47,686 bases of DNA, taken from assembly GCF_004010195.1 (NCBI RefSeq), contig NC_057718.1:76144334-76192019 (forward strand), written 5' to 3'. Shown here piece after piece: positions 13,247-25,675 of this stretch. Under the pieces are notes generated by a model, which saw only the letters and a list, made by a program, of their open reading frames with translations, did not search any database and was not told the DNA's origin. Numbering within the stretch: position 1 is the first letter of the stretch; the number at the start of each line of letters is the position of its first letter. This DNA comes from Chiloscyllium plagiosum. Lineage: Eukaryota. Made by a program: the position numbers and the translations under genes.

Positions 13247-13414
13247 TCATGAAGGTGCCTCTGTTGCTCTGAGTTCCTGACCTTTCTTTCCTTTGCTTTG
13301 TGTCTCACAGAGTTTGAGAATTACATTGCGGATTTCTTCTCGTTTCTTTTTAACTTGTTGCTGAGGAAACCATTCCATCAAATTCATAGGCAGTTCAAAA
13401 CTAGGAATTGGATT
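13247..13414 (-). CDS. SENP6: SENP6 last coding exon: [55 protein letters not shown]
   Basis: cattccacag acceptor, 168 nt to TGA at 13247-13249. [17 protein letters not shown] motif. Confidence 0.95.
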   Translation of the reverse strand, partial: NPIPSFELPMNLMEWFPQQQVKKKREEIRNVILKLCETQSKGKKGQELRATEAPS

Positions 13415-13529
13415 CTGTGGAATGACATTGAGCTGATATTAACTCGACAGCGTAACATCCTGGAGGGGGAACAGTAAATATTTCTGCTGCACAGTGCTTT
13501 TATATCTACTGTCTAGGCAACTTTGGCTC

Positions 13530-14320
13530 TGCCTCTCAAAAACGTAGAAAAAAGAAGCTGGAGAAGACCATCCCAACATTCAGCATAATCATGATTAATC
13601 GCCCAACTCAGTACCTGTTCCTGCTTTCTCCCAGTACCCTTTAAGCATTGTAGCCCTAATGCCTTTTGAAAACATTCAATGATTTGGCCTCAATCACTTT
13701 CCATGACAGAGAATTCCACAATCGTACCACTGTGAAGAAATTTCTCCTCATCTCAGGCCTAAATATCTTGAGAGTGTAACCCCTGCTCCTCGATTCCCCG
13801 GACATCTGGAACATGCTTTCCTCAATTACCCCATCAGTCAAGTTAGAATTTTTTTGGAATTCTACGAAATTCCCTACCTTCTTCAAGACCCCAGGTGAAC
13901 ATCGTCATAACTGATCCAGTCACCTTTCATACATCAGTTCTGTCGTCCCAGGAATCAGTCTGGTAAACCTTTGTTGTACTCCCTCCATAGTCAGAACAAC
14001 CTTCTTCATGTAAGGAGGCCAATAATGCATACAAAACTCCAGGTGTGCTCTCACAAAGGCCCTGTACAATTGCAGCAAGACATCTCTGCTCCTGTACTCA
14101 AATCCTCTCACTACGAAGGCCAACAGACTATTTCATTCTTCACCATTTGCATGCTTACTTTCAGCAACTGGTGTACAAGGACACCCAGGTCTTGATACAA
14201 CTTCCACTTACCCAATCTACTGCAGTTCAGATAATCATTCGCCTTTTTTTTATGACCAAAGTGAATTACCTCACATTTATCCAAATTAGACCTTATCTGC
14301 CATTCATTTGGCCACTCACT
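13530..14320 (-). mobile_element. CR1-type LINE RT C-terminus and 3' end
   Basis: ORFs with KCEVIHFG, LQLYRAFVRAHLEFC, VQQRFTRLIPG and RLWNSL. Confidence 0.85.
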
Positions 14321-14329
14321 CAACTTGGA

Positions 14330-16140
14330 TATAATTGCATAGAGGTGACTGGTGGGTCAGATGACTGGTCAGGCCGAAAAAGGCAAAGGATGACAAAAGA
14401 TTAGTCAAGCCAAATAAAGCTTGAGAAAAGGCTACCTCGAAATCTAAAACCAGACAGTAAGACTTTCTACATATATCTAAGATGTAAAGAGTAAGTAAAG
14501 TAACTGCTGGTCCTCTAGAGGGTGAGAGTGGTGAATTAATAGTATATAAAGAAATGGTGACTGGGGTAAATAAATATCTTGCTTCTCTCTTCACTCCAAG
14601 GGATACAAAAAAAACCCAGTATTATTTGTAAATCAGGAGGTTGAAGAAAAAGAGAAACTTGGTGAAATTATGATCACAAGGCAAGTAGTACTGAACAAAT
14701 TAATGGAGTTGTGGGTTGGTGTGTCTTTAGGTCCCAACTGACCTCATTCTAGAGCTTTAATGGTTAATGAGGTAGCAGGTACATCGGTATTAATTTTCCA
14801 CAATTCATTAGATTCTGGAAAGGTTCTGTTAGACTAGAAATCTGAAAATATAACCCCTCTGTTCAATAAAGGAGAGAAGGAGAAAAGAAGAAACTATAGA
14901 CCAGCTAGCTTGACATCTGCCATAGGTGTTAGAATAGATGATTAAGGACGTTATGACTAGTTACTCAAGATAATTGGCAAGAGTCATCATGGCTTCATGA
15001 AAGGGAAATCATATTTAATCAACTTACCTGAAGGAGTAACATGTGCTATAGAAATGCTGTACTTGAATTTCCAGAAGGTTTTTGTCAAGGTTCCACATAA
15101 AAAGTTATTGTGCAAAGTAGCAGCTCATGGTATAGGATCTAACATATTACCATGGCTAGATGATTGGCTATTTGCAGAAATCGAACTGTGTGGAAATTAA
15201 TCTTTTTCAGATTGGCAGGAGATCATGTGAGGGGCCCTGCAAGAGTCTATGCTGGGCCCTCAACTTTTGACAATTTTATTAATAACTTACATAAGGAGAT
15301 TGAAGACATGGTAGCCAAATTTGCAAATAACACAAAGATACGTTCATTTATATAGAACACTGGTGAGATCACATGTTGAATAGACAATAGACAATACTAC
15401 GTTTAGTCTGCGCTTCCTTCTTTAAGGAAGGACATAAATGCATTAGATTTAGTTCAGAGGGTGGCTTACTAGATTGATGTCAGGAACAAGGGGTTGGATT
15501 TTGACAAATGAATGAACATGGTTGTTTTCACTGGAGTTTTGAAGAGTAAGGCTTGATTTGATTTTAGTGTCATATGATCCTGAATAGTCTTAAAGTAATT
15601 GTGTAAAGGACAATCCATAACTCAAGGGGACTTTTAAAAATCAAAGGTCCTCTTTTAGGGAAGTAACAATTTCAAGATTGGCAGAAAGAGAGCTAGGAGT
15701 GAGACAAGGAGAAACTTGTTTACTCACAACATTGTTAGGATTTGGATTGCACTGCTTGACAGAGTGGTGGAGATGGATTCCACCCAGTTTCAAAAAAGAT
15801 ATGGAAATATATTTGAAATGTAATGAATTTTGAGGGCTATGGAGATAGAACTGGAGAATGGGATGAGCTGGATAACTCTTTCAGGAACTGGAACAGGCAT
15901 CGTGGGTCAAATAGAATCGCAGAATTTTGAAGGAGGCTATGACAGATGGTTTTCCATCAGAGAGAACTGTGAAATTTTGAATATTTTTAAGGTGGAGGTC
16001 GATAAATTCTTGTTAGGCAAGGGAATCAAAGGTTATTGAAGATACATGGGAACGTAGACTTTCGAGCCATGACCTAATTGAATGGCAGAACAGACTTGAA
16101 GGCCTGAATAGCATATTTCTGCTCCGAATTCATATGCTAC
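14330..16140 (+). mobile_element. Degenerate CR1-type LINE ORF2 fragments
   Basis: ORFs with YLNFQKVFVKVPH and KFANNTKI; aactatagaccagctagcttgac motif. Confidence 0.78.
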
Positions 16141-16395
16141 GTGAGTTAGACCATATGCTAGGTCAGTATTCTCAAATGAATAAGAACAAGAAGATTGCAC
16201 TCATGATTGAATACTCATCCCCCAAGCTGGTTGCTGGCACCTCACATTCCTATCATAGCAACAGAATAGGATAGACTCAAATCCTTACAGACGAAACTGA
16301 TTGGTCACTATGACCGATACATGTACATGCAAAGCCTTTCTTCTTTTACAAAGATTCCCCTCCTGTTCTAACCCACAATAAAAGTTGATACTTAC

Positions 16396-16546
16396 CTCAA
16401 AAAAACTTTCGACATACTGTAAGATGTATATACCACAATCACTGAAGTTGTCTTGCTGAGGAACACGAGGGTTGGAGCCCTTTATCACATCTTTGGTGAA
16501 AGCCTTTTTGCTTCCTTTTCTCATTTCCCACTCTACTTCAAGGTAT
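16396..16546 (-). CDS. SENP6: SENP6 exon with oxyanion Gln and catalytic Cys: [50 protein letters not shown]
   Basis: gaaacag acceptor after an 89-nt intron, GAG|gtaagt donor, 151 nt, phase 2 to 0. PQQxNxSDCG motif. Confidence 0.97.
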
Positions 16547-16635
16547 CTGTTTCAAATACCAACAAAAGAAAGTTAAGTGGGAATAATCCTTATTAAAATT
16601 TTTGAAAAAACAACACTTTACAGAAATGCCCTTAC

Positions 16636-16704
16636 TCTCGCAGGATCTTAACCACATTTGTACGACTTGGTCCACGTAAAGAATCCATGATGAGAATGCA
16701 AGGC
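16636..16704 (-). CDS. SENP6: SENP6 exon with catalytic Asp: [22 protein letters not shown](E)
   Basis: Poly-T tract then atag acceptor, GA|gtaagg donor, 69 nt, phase 2 to 2. MDSL motif. Confidence 0.96.
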
Positions 16705-16834
16705 CTATAAAAAAAAAATAAAATCTGAAAATCCATATCATTGTTACGGTGTAAAGTGAGTTGAGAGAGTCTGGCAAAAACTTCATATCCTCTGATAAAT
16801 ATGCAAGAATATATTTGAATATATATATTTCCTG

Positions 16835-19490
16835 ATTATGATGTGGTAGGCATCACAGAGACGTGGTTGCAGGGGGTTCAGGACTGGCAGTTAAACATTC
16901 AAGGATTTACAACTTATCGAAAAGACAGGGAGATGGACAGAGGGGGTGGTGTTGCCTCGGTAGTTAAGAATGAAATTAAATCCGTGGCACTGAATGACAT
17001 GGGGTCAGATGATATGGAGTCTGTGTGGATGGAGTTGAGGAAACACAAAGGCAAAAAAAACAAAACAATAAAGGGTGTTATGTACAGACCTCCCAGCCAT
17101 GGTCAGGACCAGGTATGCAAGATGTACCAGGAAATAGACACAGCATGTCAGAAAGGCAAGGTCATGGTGATCATGGGGGACTTCAATATGCAGGTGGACT
17201 GGGTGAATAATGTTGCCAGTGGATCCAAAGAAAGGGAATTCATGGAATGCTTACAGGATGGCTTTTTGGAACAGCTTGTGATGGAGCCCACAAGGGAGGA
17301 GGCTACTCTGGACTTGGTTCTATGTAATGAGCCAGACTTTATAAAAGATCTTAAGTGTTCCCTTACTTTAGGAGGCAGCGATCATAATATGGTAGACTTC
17401 AGTCTGTAGTTTGAAAGAGAGAAGGCAAAATTGGATGTAATGGTGTTACGGTTAAATAAAGGTAATTACATGTGCATGTGAGAGGAACTGACGAAAATCA
17501 ACTGGAAGACAGTAGAGCAACAATGGCAGAATCTCAAAGAAAAGAAAGATTACCCAGGGATGGATTAGACAGCCATGGCTGACAAAGAAAATCAGGAAAT
17601 GCATCAAAGAAAAATAGAGAGCCTATAAAGTGGCACTGGAAAAATCAGAAGAATGGGAAGACTACAAAAACAGAGGATAACAAAGAAAGAAATAAGGAAG
17701 GAGAGGATCAAATATGAAGGTAAGCTAGCCAGTAATATTAGAAATGATAGTAAAAGTTTCTTTCAAGAAACAAACGAGAGGCAAAAGTAGAAATTGGGCC
17801 ACTCCAAATTGATGCTGGAAGGTTAGTGCTGAGAGATAAGGAAATAGCAGAAGAACTTAATAAGTACTTTGTGTCTGTCTTTACAGTGGAAAACAGGAGT
17901 AATATCCCAACAATTCAGGAGAGACAGGGGGCAGAGATGAGTATGGTAGCCATTACAAAAGACAATTGCTAGAAAAGCTAAAAGATAAATTGATAAATCG
18001 CCTGGTTCCGATGGGCTACATCCTAGAGTTCTAAGAGAGGTTCTAAGAAGAAATAACAGAGGCAGTAAATGTGATCTTTCAAAAATCACTGGAGTCAGGG
18101 AAAGTCCAGATGATTGGAAAATCGCTGTTGTAACCCCCTTGTTCAAGAAAGGATCAAGACAAAAGATGGAAAACTATAGGCCGATTAACCTAACCTCGCT
18201 TGCAGGTAAAATTCTAGAATCCATCGTTAAGGATGAAATTTCTAAATTCTTGGAAGTGCAAGGTCAGATTAGAACAAGTCAGCATGGATTTAATAAGGTG
18301 AGGTCCTTTCTGACAAACCTGTTAGAATTCTTTGAAGAGGCAACAAGTAGCTTAGATCAGGAGGCTGCTGAGTAAGGTGAGGGCCCGTAGTGTTCGAGGT
18401 GAGCTACTGGCATGGATTGGGGATTGGCTGTCTGACAGAAGGCAGAGATTTGGGATAAAAGGTTCTTTTTCGGAATGGTAGCTGGTGACAAGTGGGGTCC
18501 TGCAAGGTTCAGTGTGGGGCCGCAGCTGTTCACTTTATTAATAATCTGGATGAAGGGACTGGGGCATTCTGGCAAAGTTCGCCGATGATACAAAGTTAGG
18601 CAGATAGGCAGGTAGTAATGAGGAGGTGGGGAGACTGCAAAAAGATTTCAACAGTTTAGGAGAGTGGTCCAGGAAATGGCTGATGAAATTCAATGTGAGC
18701 AAATGTGAGGTCTTGCACTTTGGAAAAAAGAATACAGGTAGGGACTATTTTTTAAACTGTGAGAAAATTCATAAAGCCAAAGTACAAAAGGGAGTGCTAT
18801 CCAGGATTCTCTAAAGATTGATTGGCAGGTTGAGTCAGTGATTAAGAAAGCAAATTTAATGTTGTCATTTATCTCAAGAGGGTTAGAATGGAAAAGCAGG
18901 GATGTGATTTTATTACGCTCGAGTTAGGCCCCATTTAGAATGCTGTGTCCAATTTTGCACCCCACACTTCAAGAAGAACATACTGGCACTGAAGCGTGTC
19001 CAGCGGAGATTCACACGGATGATCCCTGAAATTGTAGGCCTAATATATGATGATCGGCTGAGGATCCTGGGATTGTATTCTTTAGAGTTTAGAAGGTTGA
19101 GGGGAGATCTAATAAAAACTTACAAGGTAATGCATGGCTTAGAAAAGGTGGATGCTGGAAAGTTGCTTCCATTAGGCAGGGAGACCAGGACACGTGGGCA
19201 GAGCCTTAAAATTAGAGGGGGTCAAATTAGAACGGAAATGAGGAGACATTTCTTCAGCCAGAGAGTGGTGGGACTGCGGGATTCATTGCCACAGAGCGCA
19301 GTGGAGGCCGGGACAGTTGGGTGTCTTCAAGGCAGAGATTGATAAATTCTTGATCTCACTAGGAATTAAGTGCTATGGGGAAGAGTGTGGGTAAGTGGAA
19401 TTGAAACGCCCAACAGCCATGATTAAATGGCAAAGTAAACTCAATGGGCTGAATGGCCTTGCTTCCAGTCCTATGTTTTATGGTCTTATA
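16835..19490 (+). mobile_element. Near-complete but frameshifted CR1 LINE ORF2 (APE endonuclease plus RT) with 3' tail, antisense to SENP6
   Basis: ORF 16843..17409 (GITETWL, YRPP, MGDFN, SDHN), 18139..18375 (NYRPINLTS, QHGF), 18626..18814 (KCEVLHFG), 19019..19342; tail cctatgttttatggtcttat. Confidence 0.93.
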
Positions 19491-20193
19491 TTTGCAATGT
19501 CACATTCTGGATTGTTTGACGACTGGTTACACAACTTACAAATGTACGATCAAGGAACAAAAGTAGGCCACTTGGCCCTTTGAGCCACTTGGCCCTTTCA
19601 ATAAGATCATGGCTGACTCAATTTAAACCTCAACTCTACATTCCTGCATATTCTCAATAAGATTTCAGTTCCCAGATAATCTGAAGTAGATCTGCCTCTG
19701 CGTTAAAAAACTAAAAGATTCTGCACCCACTACCTTTTGAGGAAGAAAACTCCAAAGACACTCAATCCTCATTGATAAAAATGTTTCTTCATCTCTGCCT
19801 TAAATGGACACTCATTTTTAAACTATAACCCCTAGTTTTACATTGTCCCAGAAGAAGAACTATTGTTTCGACATCCATCTGGTCAAGTCCCCTCAGGATC
19901 TGTGTTTTAATTAAGTCACCTCTGACTCTTCAGAATTCCAGAGAATACAGGCCTAACCGATCTAGCCTTTTCTCATAAGGTAATCCAATCATTCCAACCT
20001 TCTCTGAACTGCTTCCAATGCATTAACATCCTTCCCCAAGTATGATGACCAGCATACTACACAATATTCCAGATGCTGTCTCATCAATGCCTTGATTAGT
20101 TGACATGATTTGGAGATGCCAGTGTTGGACTGGGGTGTACAAAGTTAAAAATCACAACACCAGGTTATTGTCCAACAGGTTTAATTGGAAGCA

Positions 20194-20228
20194 CACTAGC
20201 TTTCGGAGCGACGCTCCTTCATCAGGTG
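20194..20228 (-). ncRNA. Minimal type-I hammerhead ribozyme motif
   Basis: CAC-CTGATGA-A-GGAGC-GTC-GCTCC-GAAA-GC-TA-GTG: intact core, perfect 5-bp stem II, 3-bp stem I, palindromic AGCT in place of stem III. Confidence 0.75.
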
Positions 20229-20337
20229 GTAGTGGAGGGCTCAATCCTAACACTAAATGTTTGCTATAAATTCTCAGTTACATCACACTGTAAATTTTTG
20301 CTATAAATTCTGTGTGTTAGAATTGAGCCCTCCACTA

Positions 20338-20374
20338 ACACCTGATGAAGGAGTGTCACGCCGAAAGCTAGTGT
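20338..20374 (+). ncRNA. Minimal type-I hammerhead ribozyme motif (stem II with one mismatch)
   Basis: ACAC-CTGATGA-A-GGAGT-GTC-ACGCC-GAAAGCTA-GTGT. Confidence 0.62.
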
Positions 20375-21039
20375 GCTTCCAATTAAACCTTTTGGACTAT
20401 AACCTGGTGTTGTGTGGTTTTTAACTTTGATTAGTTGAAGTATAATCTCCCAACTCTAGTATTCAATTGCCCTTGCAATAGAACATAACATTCTATTAGC
20501 TTTCCTGATTACTTGCTGTACCTGCAAATTAGAATTTTACAATTCATGTGCTAGGACACCCAGATCACACTGCAACTCTGAGCTCTGTGACGTCTCACCA
20601 ATTTAGATAATATGCCAAATGAACAATTTTAAAACTTTCCCACATTGCACTGCAGTTGCCATATCGTTTCCCACTCCCAGCTTATCTATATCCACTTGTA
20701 GACTTCTTACGTCCACTCCATAACTCAGTTTCCTACCTATCTTTTCTTCAATTAGCAAATCTAGCTACTATACCACCAGTCCCTTCATCCAATTATCGCA
20801 CGTTATGAATTAAGACACCATCATCCACCACTGTGGCACATCACCTATGACATCCTGCCAGCACAAAAAAGATGCAGTTATTCTTACTCTCTGCTTCCTG
20901 TTGGCCACCCAATCTTCTATTCATGCTCATACATTACCATCTACATCATTACCTTTTATTTCCTGCATTAATCTTTGAATATCAAATGCTTTCAGGAAAT
21001 CTAAGAAATACAAAGAAAAAGAATTTTCCCCAAATCTAA

Positions 21040-21280
21040 ATTTAAAAAAAGACATGAGGAGCATTTTTTTTAAAACATAGTTTGCGTGTGGAATGAACTT
21101 CCAGAAGTGGTGGGGAATGTGGGCACAGTTACAACATTTAAAAGACATTTGGATAAGTACATGGATATAAAATGTTTGGAGGTAATGAGCCAAGTGCAGA
21201 CAAGTGGGACTAGTTTACTTTGTGATTATAGTCGACAAGGACTGGTTGGACTGAAGGGTCTGTTTCTGTGCTGTATCATA
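21040..21280 (+). mobile_element. CR1 LINE 3' end
   Basis: WNELPEVV...TFKRHLDKYM in ORF 21086..21286 and tail ggactgaagggtctgtttctgtgctgta. Confidence 0.82.
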
Positions 21281-22019
21281 TTATAAGTAGTTTTAGAAAA
21301 TTACCAATGCATCCACTCACTCACTAGCTAATTATTTTAAGGCCCTAGGATGAAATCCGTCAGAATGTGGGGACTTGTCAACTCTCAGTTCCAACAATTT
21401 ACTCAGTACTACTTCCCTGGCGATTGTAATTTTCCTGAGAATCCCTGCCTTCCCATTCCCTCCCCTCAAACCCCAGTTTCAATTCCTGATTTACTGCCAT
21501 TTCTGAGATGTTACTTGTATCCTTTACTGAAGACAGCCACAATATTTCTGTTGAATTTACATGCCATTAATTTATCCTCTATTATTAATTCCCTAAACTC
21601 ATTTCCAAAAGGATCACTTACTTTATTAACACGTTTTTTAAAAAGTCCAAATAAACTTTTCCTATTTGTTTTTGTATTTTTGGCTAACTTTCTCTCACTT
21701 TTATCTTTCCCATTAAATGTTTGCCAGTACACCTCTAATGTCCTATCCCTTAACTCAAATTTTCAGTGCACTTTGACTGGCTCTGCTTTCATGTACTCAT
21801 GTCTGCCCTTGTTTAAGTTCAAAAAAATAGTTATAAACCCACACTTCTCTCCCTTCAACTGGTGCTACCCATGGGTGCTTTCACTAGGTGGTCAGTAACT
21901 AATACTATTGCATTGTTCAAAACCAGGTCAAGTATACCCTGCTGTCTGGTTGCTTCACATCAGATACAATTGTTTATCTTTCATCAACCAAACATCTAAT
22001 TACCCTTCTTGGTACAATA

Positions 22020-22178
22020 CAGAGGAAACGCAATTATCCAAATATCGATTATCCGGCAAGATCACAAGGTCCCGATGCTCGGCTAAACTGTGTTATCCGG
22101 CATTCGATTATCCAGAACTCGATTAACCAAATGAAATACTTCCTGCCAGTGTCCTTCGAATAATTGAGGGTTCCTCTG
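22020..22178. mobile_element. Tigger/pogo-like MITE
   Basis: Imperfect TIRs CAGAGGAAACGCAATTATCC / GAATAATTGAGGGTTCCTCTG, left flank TA (right CA), internal cgattatcc repeats. Confidence 0.72.
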
Positions 22179-22721
22179 CACTCACTCTTTCCATGCTATA
22201 AATTTAACACTCCCAAATGAATTTTCCACATGAAACAGAGTTTTTCCAATTATACATATTGCATTCAGTATTCAAATGTACATCCTCCTTTATATTGGAG
22301 GCTGAAGATAAAAATTGAACTTTGAACAACTGTTTTAAAGGAGACAAGAACAAAGGTAAATATTGCCTGTTCGAAATTGCTCTGGAAAGATCATGCAACT
22401 CAATTTCTGATCCAAGGACAACATGGACGAAACAACACAGATCTGTTGCTATGTTTAGGGTTGGCAGCTAGTGGATATTGAATTTGTCAGTCGAAAGAGA
22501 ACAAGCTCTCACTGGGCTTTGAGAGGAGGCAGTGTGATTTTTGAAAACGTCTGCAGACAGTGCTGCTTGGTTTTGTTCTCTCTCTAGATTCTCTCAGTTT
22601 TCAAATTGTTGAAGGTTCTGAGAAAAGAATTCCAGTCCGTAATAAATAAGTATATATTTCTAGAAATCTGAAACCGTTTGCATTCACAGTGACTTTGGAA
22701 TTCAAGATAGATATACAGTTC

Positions 22722-23144
22722 TACAAACACTATATAGGACAAACAGGAAGACAGCTAACAATCCGCATCCACGAACGCCACGAAATGACACGACCAGCTA
22801 TCCCTAGTAGCCACACACGCAGACGACAAGCAACATGAATTTGACTGGGACAACACTACCATTATAGGGCAAGCCAAACAAAGAACAGCCAGGGAATTCC
22901 TAGAAGCATGGCACTCATCCACAAACTCCATCAACAAACACATCGACCTGGACCCAATATACCGGCCACTACAGCAGACAGCTGAAACTGACAACCGGAA
23001 GCGGCAGGGACAGGCCACTATAAATGCCGGAGGAAACACCACAGAAGCGCTTCACAGGAGGCTCCCAAGCACTGAGGATGTCACCTAGACAGGGGACGAA
23101 ACGTTTGCAACAAAAATTTCCAGCTCGGCGAACAGAACCACAAC
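22722..23144 (+). mobile_element. 5'-truncated PLE (second lineage): GIY-YIG C-terminal half plus 3' terminus
   Basis: Plus-strand HYIGQTGRQLTIRIHE, then after a small deletion HEFDWDNTTIIGQAKQRTAREFLEAWHS; followed by a hammerhead motif. Confidence 0.85.
23069..23108 (+). ncRNA. Minimal type-I hammerhead ribozyme motif
   Basis: GCA-CTGAGGA-T-GTC(ACCTAGACAGGG)GAC-GAAAC-GTT-TGC: stem I GCA/TGC, extended stem II, palindromic AACGTT. Confidence 0.72.
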
Positions 23145-23792
23145 CATTAATCATTAGAAACTGTTTGTTGAACTGACAAACTACAATTCCTTTATTTTCT
23201 TTTTTAAAATATCCTTTAACCCCATCTTGTGAGAAAGTGTAAGTTATGATCAAAAAAGATTGGGCTTTTGATCTTAAAGACATTAGATAACTTTGTTGTT
23301 TTTCTGTGTTCTGCTAAAGTTAAATTAGCAATTCACTATGAATAATACTCGTTTTAGTTGTAAACTTGATGCCCAAAATCAGTTATTCATAAAGTGTGGT
23401 TAGGAATAATTGAACAGTTCGGAGGGTCATTGAAGGTGTTGGTTTCACAGCACAGTGAAATTAATGATAAAGAGGCAGACTGATTTGGCTTGCTATTCCT
23501 GAGGACACATGCAGTTGGGTGAACACTTTGCTGAACACATCTGCTCTGGCAGCAAAACAAATCACCCTAGCTTACTCAGGTCTGTTCATAAACTCCTGTG
23601 CTGGTCACAATCAAGATTAATGCAAACTGCAAGGTAGCTATTCTTTCCCCTGAGCTCTTTGAAATGTGCTGAAATAATTATGGATTTTCTCAATTTCAGA
23701 AGAGAGCAAACTCTCATTGCTAACCAGACTTAGAACCTGCTGACATTCAAGCTGTCAGATGTCAGCTGATTGAAGGGAGTACAAGATTGAAA

Positions 23793-25060
23793 TAAAAACC
23801 AGAAATTGCTGGAAAATCTCAATAGGTCTGACAGCATCTGAGGAGAGAAATCAGAAATAATGTTTCGGATCCAGTTTCAGGTGATGATAGCTAGGATAAA
23901 GTTGTTTTTTTTTTTGCAGAAGTTAGGTATGGGAGGGGGAAAGGAGTAAATGATATGACAAAGGAGTGGATATCAGTCAGCCTAGGAGAATGAATGGTTG
24001 TTAATAGGGATTACTAGTGGCTGACACCGGGTAGTTTGTAATAGCAGACCATGTGATAACAAGGCCTGGTGTGTGGGAATTGAGGTAAGGACATGCGAGA
24101 AGGTGCCTCAAACCCTAAAATTGTTGAACTTGGTATTGAGTCCAGAAGGCCGCAGAGTTCCCAAGCGGAAAGTGAGGTGCTGTTCTTCCAGCTTCGCTGG
24201 AGCACTGCAGCAAGCTTGAGACAAAGATACTGGCCAGACAACAAAGTGCTATGTTGAAATGGCAGGCAACTGGAAACTCAGGGTATTTTCTATGGACAGA
24301 ACATAGCTGTTCTGCTAAATTGGTCACCCAGCCTATGCTTTGTTTCCTCAGTGTACTGGAGACCACATTGTGAGCACTGAATGCAGTAGACCAGATTAAG
24401 TGAATTGCATGTAAAGCACTGCTTCACCTGGAAGGTATGTTTGGGCCCTTGCATATGAAGGAGGAAGAAAGTAAATGGGCAGTTGCCACACCTTCTGCAG
24501 TTGCATGGGAGGATGCCGTGGGTGTGGGGTGTGAGTGGGGGTGGGGGGTCTGTGTATATCTATGTGTTGGGAGTGAAGGAGGAATGGATCACAGTGTCCC
24601 AGAGAGAACGATCCTTGTGGGAGGCTGACAAGGGAGAGGAAAGGAATGTGTGGCTGGTGATGGCGTCCCGCTGGAGGTAGTGGAAATGGCGGCTAATAAT
24701 CCTCTGGATGTGGATGTTGGTGGTATGGTAGGTGAGGACAAGGGGGAATCTATCCCTGTTATGGGAGGGAAGAGAGGGGGTGAAGGCTGAAGTGCAGCAA
24801 ATGGGTTGGACTGGGCTAGCAGCCCTGTCAATTATGATGCTGTGGAATCCTTGGTTGAGGAAGATGGTGGACATGTTGAAGGCTCCCTTGTTGATTTTAT
24901 TTCATCAGTACAGGTGTGATGGAAATGGAGGAACTGAGAGAATGGAATAGAATCTTTCCAAGAGGTAGGGTATGGGAATATATAGTCATGGTAACTGTGG
25001 CAGTCAGTTGGTTTATTGTGGATATTGGTGGCCAGCCTATCCTTGGAAATCGAAACAGAA
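23793..25060 (-). mobile_element. Older PLE copy: RT thumb, GIY-YIG remnant and 3' terminus
   Basis: ORF 24560..24874 (NRDRFPLVLTYHTTN) is homologous to 1-293; ORF 24115..24366 (PVACHFN) is homologous to 40204-40677. Confidence 0.82.
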
Positions 25061-25439
25061 GGTTTACTTATCTATCGTCTTGTGGGGTTGGATGTCCACC
25101 GCATGTTACAATTTTATGTTTTCAGCTCCAGATTTCTAGTACTTTTCCTGAAATTCCTTGCATAATTTCCCCTTCTTTAATATCTGCTCAATCACATATA
25201 AATTTATCTCTGATCACTTTCTTGAATTGCTCTCCACCCAGCTCTTCACTCTTCATTTTCTTCTAGATTCATTTACAACTTCATTTTCAAAATTCAAGCT
25301 GTGGCTTTTACTCATGACATTTCTGTGGTTACTTATCTATTTATCCACACCTTTATCTTTGATGTCTACTTCCACTGTTCTTTCAAACACTGGTTGTTCA
25401 ACTAGTACAGATCTCATCCTCACTTCCATTCGAATTCAA

Positions 25440-25675
25440 TAAAAGAAATTTAGAATTCAATCTAGTGATGACCATAAATCCAATACTGATTGTCGGAAAA
25501 ACCCATCTGGTTTTCTAATGTCCTTTAGGGAAGGAATCCTTACTTGATCTGACCTACACCTGACTTCAGACCAACAGCAAGCGATTGACTCTTAACTGAT
25601 CTCTGGGCAATTAGGGATAGGTAATAAATGATGATCTAGATGGCAATGCCCTCATCCAATAAACAAACATAAAAC
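25440..25675 (+). mobile_element. tRNA-head SINE family (3' half) with a LINE-shared tail
   Basis: aaaacccatctgg...aatgtcctttagggaagg...ggcaattagggat; same family as 31845-32372 and 40945-41240. Confidence 0.7.

Larger units (their letters stand above)
20104..20426. mobile_element. Fold-back PLE-terminus-like element (family B) with hammerhead cores on both strands
   Basis: ~110 bp inverted arms; TSD ttgattagttga at 20092-20103 and 20427-20438. Confidence 0.88.
19545..20990 (-). mobile_element. Degenerate CR1 LINE, interrupted by the fold-back element at 20104-20426
   Basis: gatcaaggaacaaaagtaggcc 3' end; reverse-strand RT motifs, LDFLKAFD in ORF 20927..21193. Confidence 0.72.

Noticed and set aside
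19567..19598. Short tandem duplication gccacttggcccttt (and the 28-bp one at 42192-42247)
   Set aside because: Ordinary slippage duplications within LINE 3' ends.
21350..21898. 182-aa plus-strand ORF
   Set aside because: Largely the antisense reading of a decayed CR1 fragment; no domain motif.
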